Origin: Anaeromyxobacteraceae bacterium
GTDB lineage: Bacteria > Myxococcota > Myxococcia > Myxococcales > Anaeromyxobacteraceae
Length of the DNA stretch: 64,000 bases
Assembly: GCA_047602405.1 (NCBI GenBank)
Contig: JASGHJ010000001.1
Coordinates: 1,024,001 to 1,088,000, forward strand
Direction of reading: 5' to 3'
Shown: piece after piece, positions 39,244-50,995 of the stretch
Position numbering within the stretch: the stretch's first letter is position 1
Layout of the letters: each line of letters starts with the position of its first letter
The notes under the pieces: generated by a model
Told to the model about the DNA's origin: nothing
Database searches by the model: none
What the model saw: the letters and a program-made list of their open reading frames with translations, nothing else
Position numbers and translations under genes: made by a program

Positions 39244-39633
39244 CGGCCTCACCATGACCTCGGGTGTGCCCGGCCGGGCCCGGCCGAGGGCCGCCGTACG
39301 TCCCGAGCCTCCCCGCCGCGAGGCGATGGCGGCGCCGACCGGCGGTCCGCCCCGCGCCCAGGGTTCGGCCCTCCGGTTGCAGAGGGACCCCAGGCCTTCC
39401 GTCGCCTTTCGACCGATGTGGACAACATGTGGATGGAGCCCGGGTAACGCTGGGGACGCCGTGCGGACGCGTGTTGACAGGTTTTCCAGCAGCGGGATAC
39501 ACAAACTCGACCCCCTCCCAACCCCACGGATCACCCGCTCGAAAACGCGAGTCGATCCAGGGAGTCAGGTCGGTTGTCCACAGGGGCCTTCCCCCTGCTT
39601 CTACGACGAGCTTCTAGATAAGAGGATCCTCAC
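39244..39633. other. Probable oriC with DnaA boxes
   Basis: dnaA-dnaN intergenic region; TGTGGACAA 39417-39425, TGTGGATGG 39428-39436, TTGTCCACA 39574-39582; gene orientation diverges around this locus. Confidence 0.7.
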
Positions 39634-40768
39634 ATGGAACTGAAGATCGGCATCGCGGAGCTCTCCAAGGCGCTGGGCCGGTCTCAGGGGATCGTGGAAA
39701 AGAAGAGGCACGATGCCGATCCTCTCGCACGTGCTCCTCGAGGCGAAGAAGGGCGGCGGCCTGGTGGTATCGGCGACCGACCTCGACATCGCCGTCTCGT
39801 CCGAGCACGCCTGCGAGGTCGTGAAGGAGGGCGCCGTCGCGGTGTCGGCCCGGCACCTCTACGACATCGTCCGCGCGCTGCCCGAGGCCGAGGTCACGCT
39901 GCGCCGCGCGCAGAACAACTACCTCGAGGTGAAGAGCGGGCCGTCCGAGTTCAAGATCGTCGGCCTGCCCGCCGAGGACTTCCCGACCCTGCCGCGCTTC
40001 GAGAAGGTCCCGTTCACCGACGTCCAGGCCGGCACGCTGCTCGAGATGATCGAGCGGACCTTCATGGCGGTCTCGAACGACGAGACCCGGTACAACCTGA
40101 ACGGCGTCTACTTCGAGCCGTCGGCCGAGGCGCTGCGCCTCGTCGCGACCGACGGGCACCGCCTGTCGATGTCCGAGAAGCCGCTCCAGGGCGGCTTCGG
40201 CCTGAAGCGCGGCGTGATCCTCCCGAAGAAGGGGCTCGCCGAGCTCCGGAAGCTCCTCTCCGAGGTCGCCGAGGCCGGCGCCGAGGAGGGCGCGGGCGAC
40301 ACGAAGCTCGGCTTCGTCGAGAACAGCGCGATCCTGCGCCGGCCGGGCGTCGTCCTCTCGATGCGGCTCATCGAGGGGCTCTTCCCGGACTACAAGCAGG
40401 TGATCCCGAAGACCGGCGACAAGGTCGTCTCGGTCGGCCGCGACCGCCTGCTCGAGACGCTCCGCCGCATCTCGATCCTGTCGACCGACAAGGCCCACGC
40501 GGTGAAGCTCGAGCTCGCGAAGGGCCACCTGCGCGTCACCTCGCAGAACCCGGACCTCGGCGAGGCGAAGGAGGAGGTCCCGGTCGAGTACGACGGGGAG
40601 GCGCTGAAGATCGGCTTCAACGCGCGCTACATCCTCGACGTGCTCGCGGTGCTGCGCTCGAAGGACGTGAAGCTCGAGCTCGCCGACGACCTCTCGCCCG
40701 GCGTCGTGAAGGGCGGCGACGAGGTCGACCAGGGCTTCACGGCCGTCGTGATGCCGATGCGCATCTGA
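39634..40768 (+). CDS. dnaN: DNA polymerase III beta clamp (one extra base near 39705, probable sequencing error)
   Basis: MELKI...QGIVEKK then TMPILS in another frame; ATDL, VATDGHRL, FPDY, VVMPMRI; span is 3n+1. Confidence 0.94.
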
Positions 40769-40784
40769 TCGCGGGGCCGTCTCG

Positions 40785-41900
40785 TTGCGGCTCCTCGGGC
40801 TCGCCCTCACGGACTTCCGGAACCTCGCGGCAGTGGCGCTCGAGCCGTCGCCGCGGGCGACCGTGCTCGTCGGCCAGAACGGCCAGGGGAAGACGAACCT
40901 CCTCGAGGCGATCTTCCTCCTCACGACGCTGAAGCCGCTGCGGGCGTCGCGCCTCGCCGAGCTCGTCCGGCACGGGCAACCCGGCGCGGCGGTGACCGGC
41001 GACTTCGAGGGGCCGGGCGGCGTGCGCGAGGTCGCGGTGCGGATCCAGGAGGGCGTCCGCACGGCGCTCCTGGACGGCAAGCCGCAGGAGCGGCTCGACA
41101 CGTACTTCGAGGGGCTCGCGGCGGTCGCGTTCACGCCGGACGACCTCTTGCTCGTGAAGGCGGGGCCGGACGGGCGGCGGCGGTTCGTCGACCGCGCCGC
41201 GTTCAACCGCTGGCCGGCGGTGCTCGCCGAGGCGCGCGAGTACGTGCGGGCGCTCCGCGCGCGGAACGCGGCGCTCCGGGCCGAGGGGCCGTCGGCCGAC
41301 GAGGTGGAGGCGAGCTTCCGCGCGCCGCTCGTGCGGGCGGGCGCCCGGCTGCTGCGCCGCCGGAGAGAGCTCGTGCAGGAGCTCTCTCCGCGCCTCAGGG
41401 AGGCGTTCGCGCGGATCTCCGGCGAGGGCGCGCCCGACGCACACCTCACGTACCGCACGGCGGGCGGGGTGCGGGTCGGCGGTGGGACCGAGGAGGAGCT
41501 CGCCGCCGGGCTCGCCGAGGCGCTCGCCTCCCGGCTGGAGCGCGACCGGCAGCGCGGGTTCACGAGCGTCGGGCCGCACGCGGATGACCTCGTGCTCGCG
41601 CTCGGCGGCCACGGCGCCCGCGGGTTCGGGAGCCAGGGCCAGCAGCGCGCGCTCGTGCTCGCGCTCAAGATCGCCGAGATCGAGAACCTGCGCGCGCAGA
41701 ACGGCCGGCCGCCGCTGCTCCTCCTCGACGACGTCTCCTCCGAGCTCGACCCTGCGAAGAACCGGTTCCTGCTCGACTACCTGCGCGCGCTGCCCGGACA
41801 GGCCTTCCTGACGACCACCGATCGCCGCCTGCTCGAGCCCGCCGCCGGCCCCGACACCGCCTTCTTCCAGGTCGTGTCCGGCACCGTTTTACCCCTCTGA
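40785..41900 (+). CDS. recF: DNA replication/repair protein RecF
   Basis: FRNL, GQNGQGKTNLLEA, GPHADDL, GSQGQQR, LLDDVSSELD. Confidence 0.96.
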   Translation: MRLLGLALTDFRNLAAVALEPSPRATVLVGQNGQGKTNLLEAIFLLTTLKPLRASRLAELVRHGQPGAAVTGDFEGPGGVREVAVRIQEGVRTALLDGKPQERLDTYFEGLAAVAFTPDDLLLVKAGPDGRRRFVDRAAFNRWPAVLAEAREYVRALRARNAALRAEGPSADEVEASFRAPLVRAGARLLRRRRELVQELSPRLREAFARISGEGAPDAHLTYRTAGGVRVGGGTEEELAAGLAEALASRLERDRQRGFTSVGPHADDLVLALGGHGARGFGSQGQQRALVLALKIAEIENLRAQNGRPPLLLLDDVSSELDPAKNRFLLDYLRALPGQAFLTTTDRRLLEPAAGPDTAFFQVVSGTVLPL

Positions 41901-44531
<2,631 letters not shown>

Positions 44532-44542
44532 GAGGAGCCCAC

Positions 44543-45538
44543 ATGCCTCGCGCCGCGATCGCCGCCCTCGGGACGTACGTGCCGGACCGCGTCGTCACGA
44601 ACGAGGAGCTCACCCGCTACATGGAGACGTCCGACGCCTGGATCCAGGAGCGGACGGGCATCAAGGAGCGGCGCTGGGTGCCGGAGGGCGTCGGCAACAG
44701 CGACATGGCCCTCGAGGCCACGAACCGGGCGCTCGCGAAGGCCGGCTGGAAGGCCACCGACGTCGAGGCGATCATCTACGCCACGCTGTCGACCGACCAC
44801 ATGTTCCCGGGCGACGGGTGCTTCCTCAACGCGAAGCTCGGCATCCCCGGCGTCCCGGCGCTCGACATCCGCAACCAGTGCTCGGGCTTCGTCTACGGGC
44901 TCTCCATCGCCGACGCCTGGATCCGGGCCGGCGTCTACCGGAAGGTCCTCCTCGTCGGCTCCGAGATCCACTCGACCGGCATCGACGTGACGACGCGCGG
45001 CCGCGACGTCGCGGTGATCTTCGGGGACGGCGCGGGCGCCGCGCTCCTCGAGGCGACCGACGACCCGGACCGCGGCGTGCTCTCGGTGGAGCTCCACGCC
45101 GACGGCCGCGGCGCGAAGGACCTGTGGACCGACGCGCCGGGCAGCCGGTACCACCCGCGGGTGCAGGTCGCGCAGATCGAGAGCGGCGCGATCTTCCCGC
45201 ACATGGAGGGGCAGAAGGTCTTCAAGAACGCCATCGTGAGGATGCCCGAGGTCGTCCGCTCGGTCCTCTCGAAGCACGGCCTCACGCCCGCCGACCTGAA
45301 GCTGCTCGTGCCCCACCAGGCGAACCTCCGGATCGCCCAGATGGTCCAGCGCTCGCTCGAGCTGCCGGACGAGAAGGTCTGGAACAACATCCAGAAGTAC
45401 GGCAACACGACCGCCGCCTCCATCCCGCTGGCCCTCGAGGAGGGCGTCGCCGAGCGGGGCGTGAAGCGGGGCGACCTCGTGGCCCTGGCCGCGTTCGGGG
45501 CGGGTTTCACTTGGGCCGGGGCCCTGCTACGCTGGTAG
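44543..45538 (+). CDS. fabH: 3-oxoacyl-ACP synthase III family protein
   Basis: WIQERTGI, NQCSGF (Cys), FGDGAGA, PHQAN, GNTTAASIP. Confidence 0.85.
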   Translation: MPRAAIAALGTYVPDRVVTNEELTRYMETSDAWIQERTGIKERRWVPEGVGNSDMALEATNRALAKAGWKATDVEAIIYATLSTDHMFPGDGCFLNAKLGIPGVPALDIRNQCSGFVYGLSIADAWIRAGVYRKVLLVGSEIHSTGIDVTTRGRDVAVIFGDGAGAALLEATDDPDRGVLSVELHADGRGAKDLWTDAPGSRYHPRVQVAQIESGAIFPHMEGQKVFKNAIVRMPEVVRSVLSKHGLTPADLKLLVPHQANLRIAQMVQRSLELPDEKVWNNIQKYGNTTAASIPLALEEGVAERGVKRGDLVALAAFGAGFTWAGALLRW

Positions 45539-45589
45539 AGCAACCCGGGTCCCCCTTCGAGCAGGAACGTCCGTGCCACGGAACGGTTC

Positions 45590-45663
45590 TGAGGCGTCGT
45601 CCAACGGCAGGACTGCGGACTTTGGATCCGCGTATGAAGGTTCGAATCCTTCCGCCTCAGCCA
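45590..45663 (+). tRNA. tRNA-Gln(TTG)
   Basis: Acceptor stem TGAGGCG/CGCCTCA, anticodon arm GCGGA-CT-TTG-GA-TCCGC, GGTTCGAATCC, encoded CCA. Confidence 0.96.
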
Positions 45664-45743
45664 GCACCGCTGGTGACAACGCCGCCAGCGCCCCGGGCGC
45701 CGGCGCCACGAAGCCCGCCAACCTTCGCGCGGAGCTGAAGCCC

Positions 45744-46280
45744 TTGCCCCGTCCGGCGCTCATCATCCTCGTCGGCCTGGGGCAGGTGGCCCCCCGCACG
45801 CTCCACGACGCGGCGCACGGCCTCAAGGACGTGCTCGGGATCCCCTCGAAGCTCGGGCCCGGCCTGGACCGGCCGAAGTACGCCTTCAACGAGAGCCGTG
45901 GCCAGTACCACGCGACCTCGATCCTCCGCCGGCTCTCGCAGCTCGGCTCGGGCTCGAACCACGCGCCGGTCATCGGCATCTCCGACGTCGACCTCTTCCT
46001 GCCCGACGCGCCGTACGTCATCGGCGACGCCGACCGTGACGCGTCCGCCGCGCTCTTCTCGCTGTTCCGGCTCTCGCACGGCGACCCCGAGGTCGTGCGC
46101 AAGCGCGCCCAGGTCGAGACCGTCCACGCGGCGGGTCACCTGCTCGGCCTGTCGCACTGCCCGGACGCGCGCTGCGCGATGTTCCTCTCGCGCGACGCCG
46201 CCGACTCCGACCGCAAGGGCCCCGGGCTGTGCGGGGCCTGCCGCGCCGCGATCGGCCTCGAGCACCCACCGCGGCCATGA
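45744..46280 (+). CDS. Archaemetzincin-like protein lacking the catalytic Glu
   Basis: YAFNESRGQY, DVDLF, HAAGHLLGLSHC..RCAM, C-terminal CxxC; TTG start after GGAG is inferred. Confidence 0.8.
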   Translation: MPRPALIILVGLGQVAPRTLHDAAHGLKDVLGIPSKLGPGLDRPKYAFNESRGQYHATSILRRLSQLGSGSNHAPVIGISDVDLFLPDAPYVIGDADRDASAALFSLFRLSHGDPEVVRKRAQVETVHAAGHLLGLSHCPDARCAMFLSRDAADSDRKGPGLCGACRAAIGLEHPPRP

Positions 46281-47095
46281 TCGCGCTCTGCCAGCGCGCG
46301 GCCGGCTCCTGCGGCGCGTGCTGCGGCCTCTACAACGCGCACGACCTCTCCCGCGACCGGCTCCGGGCGGAGCTCCGGCGGAGGACCGCGCGCGTCGCCG
46401 CCGCGCCGCGCACGCTCGAGGGCTTCCGGGCGGCCGCGGCCGACCTCGCGCCGGGCCTGCCCGAGCCGCTCTTCCCGTCGGTGCGGGTGTGCGCGCTGCT
46501 CGGGTTCCTCGATGCGGCGGAGACCCGCGTGGGCTGCCTCGCGCACCCGCTCTCGACGCGCGCGGCCGGCGACGCTCGAGGCCCAGATCTCCGTGACGCC
46601 GGCGTCTACGACGCCGGCATCTGCGAGTCGTTCCTCTGCCCGAGCCACTCCTGGCTCAACGAGGAGGAGGCCACGCTCGTCGAGCTCGCGGCCGGCGACT
46701 TTCACCTCTACGGCCTCGTCGTCACCGACGTGCCGTTCTTCAGGGCCTGCCTCGCCGGCGTCGCCGCGCGGGCGGGCGAGGCGGTCCGCGCGCGGCACCT
46801 CGCGCACGCGCCGTTCGCGGCGGCGCTCCGGCGCCTCCTCGCGCTGAAGGAGGAGCTCGCCCCCGGCTCCGACGGCCTCTTCGGCGCGTTCGAGCCCGCG
46901 CCGGACGGTGGCGAGGCGCCCCGGCACATCGACTACGAGGCCCTGGGCCGCCCTGCGTCGCCGTACGACGAGATCCTGCTCTGCGCCGGCGCGGATCCCC
47001 GGAGCGGCAACGACCTCGACGCGCTCGAGGCCGAGGTCGTGCGCCGGCTGGACGGGGCGGTGCGGGCGTTTCCCGCGCCCCCCGCCCGTCCTTAA
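46277..47095 (+). CDS. Cys-rich hypothetical protein (possible Zn/Fe-S binding)
   Basis: SCGACCGLYN, VCALLG, GCLAHP, ICESFLCPSH; ATGA overlap with upstream gene. Confidence 0.75.
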   Translation: MIALCQRAAGSCGACCGLYNAHDLSRDRLRAELRRRTARVAAAPRTLEGFRAAAADLAPGLPEPLFPSVRVCALLGFLDAAETRVGCLAHPLSTRAAGDARGPDLRDAGVYDAGICESFLCPSHSWLNEEEATLVELAAGDFHLYGLVVTDVPFFRACLAGVAARAGEAVRARHLAHAPFAAALRRLLALKEELAPGSDGLFGAFEPAPDGGEAPRHIDYEALGRPASPYDEILLCAGADPRSGNDLDALEAEVVRRLDGAVRAFPAPPARP

Positions 47096-47107
47096 CGTTG
47101 GGATGAG

Positions 47108-48073
47108 ATGGGGCTCATCCGTCGGCTCGTGGACGAGCCGGGCGCGGACTCGCCCGTGGAGTACGCCCGGAGGGTGGGCGCCCTCGCGGTCCTGTACCCG
47201 CTCGTCACCCTGGGGGCGCTCGCGGGCGAGCTCCTGCTGGGCCTCCGCGTCCGCCTGCTCGTGACGCTCGCGCAGCGCTCCAACGTCGAGACGCTCACCC
47301 TCGCCTTCTTCGCGGTCTTCTTCGCCTACGTAGGGGTGCTCGCGGGCCGGGGCGCGCCGGGCGCACTCCGCGTGCTGGCCTGGCGTGCGCTCGCCCGGCT
47401 CCATGGGCGGGAGGCGACCGAGCGTGCGCGGCACCGCGCCCTCCGCCCGGCCTGCGGGGAGGGGCCGTTCGTGGCGCTCAACGTGGTGCTCGAGCGGCCG
47501 GGGCGCCCGGGCGCGCCGTTCTCCCTGCCGGTGGAGGACGCCGCCGGCCGCATCGGCCACCTCGAGGTGGACGGCGCCTGCGTCCGCGACCGGCCGGAGC
47601 GGCAGGACGGCTCGACCAACCTGCTCGCGTTCTTCGCGCGGCAGGTCTCGTCGCTCGCGCCCGCCCCCGGCGGCCGCGGGGTGGACGTGGTCGCCTGGGG
47701 GACCCTCGACGACGACCAGACCCGCGCCTACCTCGCGCAGGTGGACTTCGCGCGAAACCTCGGCGCCGCCCTGGGCCACGAGGGGCTCTGGCCGCGGGTC
47801 GTGCTCGACGACGCGCAGGTGGCGGAGCTCGGGCGCCGGATCGCCGCGATCTGTCCGGCGCTCCGCGAGGAGGCCCAGCTGCCGCACTGGGAGTACGAGG
47901 CGGAGCACAAGCTGCCCATCGTGCCGGAGCCGCTCGGGCTCGCGAGCCTCGGCCGCACCGAGCGGCGCGCCGACCCGCTGCCTGCGCTCGCCGCGCTCAC
48001 CTGGGCGGTCTTCACCGCGCTCGGGATCCTGGTGGCGGTGACGGTCGCCCCGCCCTGGGTGCCGGGGAAGTGA
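47108..48073 (+). CDS. Hypothetical membrane protein
   Basis: Three hydrophobic segments. Confidence 0.65.
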   Translation: MGLIRRLVDEPGADSPVEYARRVGALAVLYPLVTLGALAGELLLGLRVRLLVTLAQRSNVETLTLAFFAVFFAYVGVLAGRGAPGALRVLAWRALARLHGREATERARHRALRPACGEGPFVALNVVLERPGRPGAPFSLPVEDAAGRIGHLEVDGACVRDRPERQDGSTNLLAFFARQVSSLAPAPGGRGVDVVAWGTLDDDQTRAYLAQVDFARNLGAALGHEGLWPRVVLDDAQVAELGRRIAAICPALREEAQLPHWEYEAEHKLPIVPEPLGLASLGRTERRADPLPALAALTWAVFTALGILVAVTVAPPWVPGK

Positions 48074-48411
48074 CCGTGGCTCGGCGCGCGCTCCTGCCGC
48101 TCCTCTGCGGCCTCCTCCTCGCCGCCCTCTACGCGCGCGGCTGCGCCGGCCCGAGGCCCGAGCTCGTGTTCGTCGCGCTCTCGCCGGCGCCGGACGGCGG
48201 CGCCGTCCCCACCGCGCGGGTGCGGAACCGCGGAGGCACGGGGGAGGTCGAGGTGCGCTTCCGGCTCCGCGAGGTGGTGGGCGCTCGCGTCGTCGCGGCC
48301 GAGGCGAACGGGGAGGTCGAGGCGGGCGAGACCGTCGAGCTCCGGGCCGCCGAGCGGGCTCCGCCGGGGCGCTGGACGGTCAGCGCCGAGGTGGAGTACC
48401 CGCCGGAGTGA
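48070..48411 (+). CDS. Hypothetical membrane-anchored protein
   Basis: GTGA coupling, N-terminal hydrophobic helix, beta-rich remainder. Confidence 0.6.
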   Translation: MTVARRALLPLLCGLLLAALYARGCAGPRPELVFVALSPAPDGGAVPTARVRNRGGTGEVEVRFRLREVVGARVVAAEANGEVEAGETVELRAAERAPPGRWTVSAEVEYPPE

Positions 48412-48423
48412 GCGGCGGCCGGG

Positions 48424-48452
48424 TTGATTCCTGATATCCAGTTGGATATAAG
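48424..48452 (+). promoter_or_regulatory. TA operon promoter with overlapping operator palindrome
   Basis: TTGATT-N17-TATAAG; ATATCCA-GT-TGGATAT at 48434-48449. Confidence 0.7.
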
Positions 48453-48460
48453 CCCACCTC

Positions 48461-48775
48461 GTGTTCGAGGTGCGCTTCTACTCGACCGAAGCGGCCCGGT
48501 CGCAGCCGACCGACTTCCTCGGTTCGTTGCCTGCCCGTGATCGGGCGCAGGTCGTGGCGGACATCGCAGCGCTCCGGGATCACGGACTGCAGGCGCCGAT
48601 CTCCATGAAGCCGATCAAGGGGCGCCAGAACCGGGGCATGTTCGAGATTCGAACGGGAGGATTCCGCACGCTCTTCTGCCAGCGCAGCGGGGTGGTCTGG
48701 ATCCTCCACATCTGTCGCAAGCAGGATCAGGACGCGGGCATCGAGGCGGCCAGCGCAAGGATGAAGAGGCTCTGA
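48461..48775 (+). CDS. Type II TA toxin, RelE/HigB (Gp49-like)
   Basis: 104 aa, MKPIKG, GMFEIR..GFR, WILHICRK; toxin-first order. Confidence 0.8.
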   Translation: MFEVRFYSTEAARSQPTDFLGSLPARDRAQVVADIAALRDHGLQAPISMKPIKGRQNRGMFEIRTGGFRTLFCQRSGVVWILHICRKQDQDAGIEAASARMKRL

Positions 48776-48776
48776 G

Positions 48777-49184
48777 ATGAGGAAGACGACAAGGCCGGCG
48801 AAGCGAACGCCGAAGGCGAAGCGCCCGGGCGGGGTGGGGCTGGACGCGTACCTCGGTCAGCAGCTCGAGGATCCCGGCTTCCGTCACGCGTACGAGCAGC
48901 GGCGGCTCGTTCACGAGGTGGCCATCGTGGTCCGCAGCATGCGTGAGCAGGCCGGGCTCACCCAGGCGCAGCTCGCGAAGCTGGTGGGCGTCAGCCAGCC
49001 GATGATCGCCCGCATGGAGCGCGGCCTCGATCAGCGGACGCCGCGCTGGGAGACGTTGCGGAAGATCGGCCGGGCGCTCGGAAAGCAGCTGAAGCTCTCG
49101 TTCGTCGATGCGGACGGAGACGAGGCGCTCGTGGAGGTGGACGGGATGCCGGTGCGCCGTGCCGAGGCTTCGCAGCGAACCTAG
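48777..49184 (+). CDS. XRE-family HTH antitoxin (HigA-like)
   Basis: REQAGLTQAQLAKLVGVSQPMIARMERG. Confidence 0.85.
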   Translation: MRKTTRPAKRTPKAKRPGGVGLDAYLGQQLEDPGFRHAYEQRRLVHEVAIVVRSMREQAGLTQAQLAKLVGVSQPMIARMERGLDQRTPRWETLRKIGRALGKQLKLSFVDADGDEALVEVDGMPVRRAEASQRT

Positions 49185-49434
49185 AGCGCGAGGCGTCCCT
49201 TCAGGGACATCACCGGTGATGTCCCCGCGGGGTTGCGGTCCTCGTGGAGTCGATGGCGTCGCTCGAGCTCCGTCCGTCCGGAGACGACGGCCGGAAGCGA
49301 GGGCCCTGCGCGTCACGGCCTGGAGGCGCGCCCTGGCGGCGTGGGCGGTCTCGGTCCTGTTCGTGCTCGCGGGCCTGTGGGCTTTCGGGGAGCGGTTCCG
49401 GTCTTGAGCCCGGGATTCGTTCCAGGATCGGGTG

Positions 49435-49471
49435 CGTCCCTCGTCTTCGGGCCGCTGCGCGGCCCTACGCT
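49435..49471 (+). repeat. Repeat family A copy, left part (interrupted by IS110; right part 51026-51039)
   Basis: cgtccctcgtcttcgggccgctgcgcggccctacgCT | IS | CTcgggacgaacgg. Confidence 0.88.
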
Positions 49472-49488
49472 GCTTCGAAATGCCGGGG

Positions 49489-50743
49489 TTAGGAGGTGAC
49501 CGCCTCGGGTGTCTGTGAGGTGACGGTCACGCTATAGCCGAGGCGCTCAAGGCGGCGAACGAGGTTCTTGGCGACGCGCTTTTCGTCGACCCGGTCGAGG
49601 TAGGTGTCCCCGAGGTCCTCGTACGGCACGTGTTTCGTGAGGATTCTCATAGGCAGCGTTGAGGATCTTGTGGGCGATGGCGAAGGTGGCTCGCTTGTGT
49701 CCTCGGCGGGCCTTGAGGCGGAAGTACTTGTCTCGCAGGTAGGTCTTCTTGGTGCGGATGGCTGCGCCGGCAGCCTCGACCAGGGTCGACCGGAGGTGAA
49801 CGTTCCCCTTCCGCGAACGCCCGGAGCGCCGCTTCCCGGCCGATTCGTCGTTCCCGGGGCAGACGCCAGCCCAACTCGCCAGGTGGCGCGGGCCGCCGAA
49901 GACGGACATGTCGGGGCCGATCTCAGCGAGAAGTGACGCGCTGGTCTGGACCTTCACGCCCGGGATCGTCGAAAGCAGCTTGACCTGCTCGCGATAGGGC
50001 TCGAGTCGGCGCTCGATCTCCCTCTCTAGCGTGTCGACGTCGCGGTCAGCAGCGTCGAGCCGGTCGAGCTGTAGCCGCAACATGTACCGGTGGTGATCGC
50101 GGAGCCGGCCGTCGAGGGCGGCCTCGAGCTCGGGGATCTTCTTACGTAGGAGCCCTTCGGCGAGCTTCGCGAGGTTGCGCGGGTCGGATTCGCCATCGGC
50201 CATCGCTCGCAGCATCGCCATGCCAGACTTGCCAAAGACATCCGAGGCAACGCTTGCGAGCTTCACGTTCGCGGTCTCGAGGACCTTCTGTAGTCGATTG
50301 CGCTCGGACGTCCGGGCCTGGACGACCGAGCGTCGGTACCGAACGAGGTCCCGTAGGTCGCGAAGGTAGAGCGGCGGCACGTAGCTCTTGCGGATCAGCC
50401 CCATCCTCACGAGTCGGGCGATCCACTCCGAGTCCTTCACGTCCGTCTTGCGGCCTGGGACGTTCTTCATGTGCTGCGCGTTGCCAACGACGAGCTCGAG
50501 CTCGCCCGCCGACTCCAGCACCGCGTAAACGGGCTTCCAGTAGACGCCCGTGCTCTCCATGGCCACGTGCGTGACGTGCTCCTCGCGCAGCCACTCCACG
50601 AGCGCCAGCAAGTCGCGCGTGAACGTCGAGAACTCCCTCACGCACTTGCGCAGCCTGGAGCCCTCTCCCAGCAGCACGCAGGCCGTCACTTGCTCCTTGT
50701 GAACGTCGAGTCCACAGACCCGATCGACAACGATTCCTTCCAT
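49489..50743 (-). CDS. IS110 DEDD recombinase/transposase (one extra base at ~49644)
   Basis: GLDVHK, MESTG, RKTDVKD (D-E-D-D), C-terminal CPGNDESAG; GGAGG RBS; tail ILTKHVPYEDLG...LERLGYSV in a shifted frame. Confidence 0.93.
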
Positions 50744-50779
50744 GACCACCTCCGGGGAAGGAGGCGGTCGCTGCGCCGC

Positions 50780-50995
50780 GGGGTAGCTTCTAGGACACTG
50801 CTTCACGCCCTTCCCAGGCATGCATCTGCCCAGGTACGGCACACCGTGGTACCCATTCGCAGCGCGGGCCGGTCTCGGGGACGGGGTTCCTGGCAGGACC
50901 GCCGAACGTAGCAACGGCCTTCTGAGCGACCACCTCCGAGGTCGATCGCTACACCGGGACCGCCCGCGCGCTCAACCAACGGCAGGCATTTCATG
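50780..50995 (-). ncRNA. Candidate IS110 bridge RNA (ends approximate)
   Basis: Non-coding end upstream of the recombinase with nested stems whose internal loops match target and donor sites (see findings). Confidence 0.65.

Noticed and set aside
39634..40768. dnaN as pseudogene or recoding site
   Set aside because: Essential gene with one extra base in a purine run; a sequencing error is more parsimonious (check reads)
45573..45743. ORF-track N-terminal extension of the archaemetzincin-like gene
   Set aside because: Overlaps the tRNA-Gln gene; the true start must be downstream
49254..49407. Small membrane protein gene before the IS
   Set aside because: The hydrophobic segment and the plausible ATG are in different frames; insufficient support
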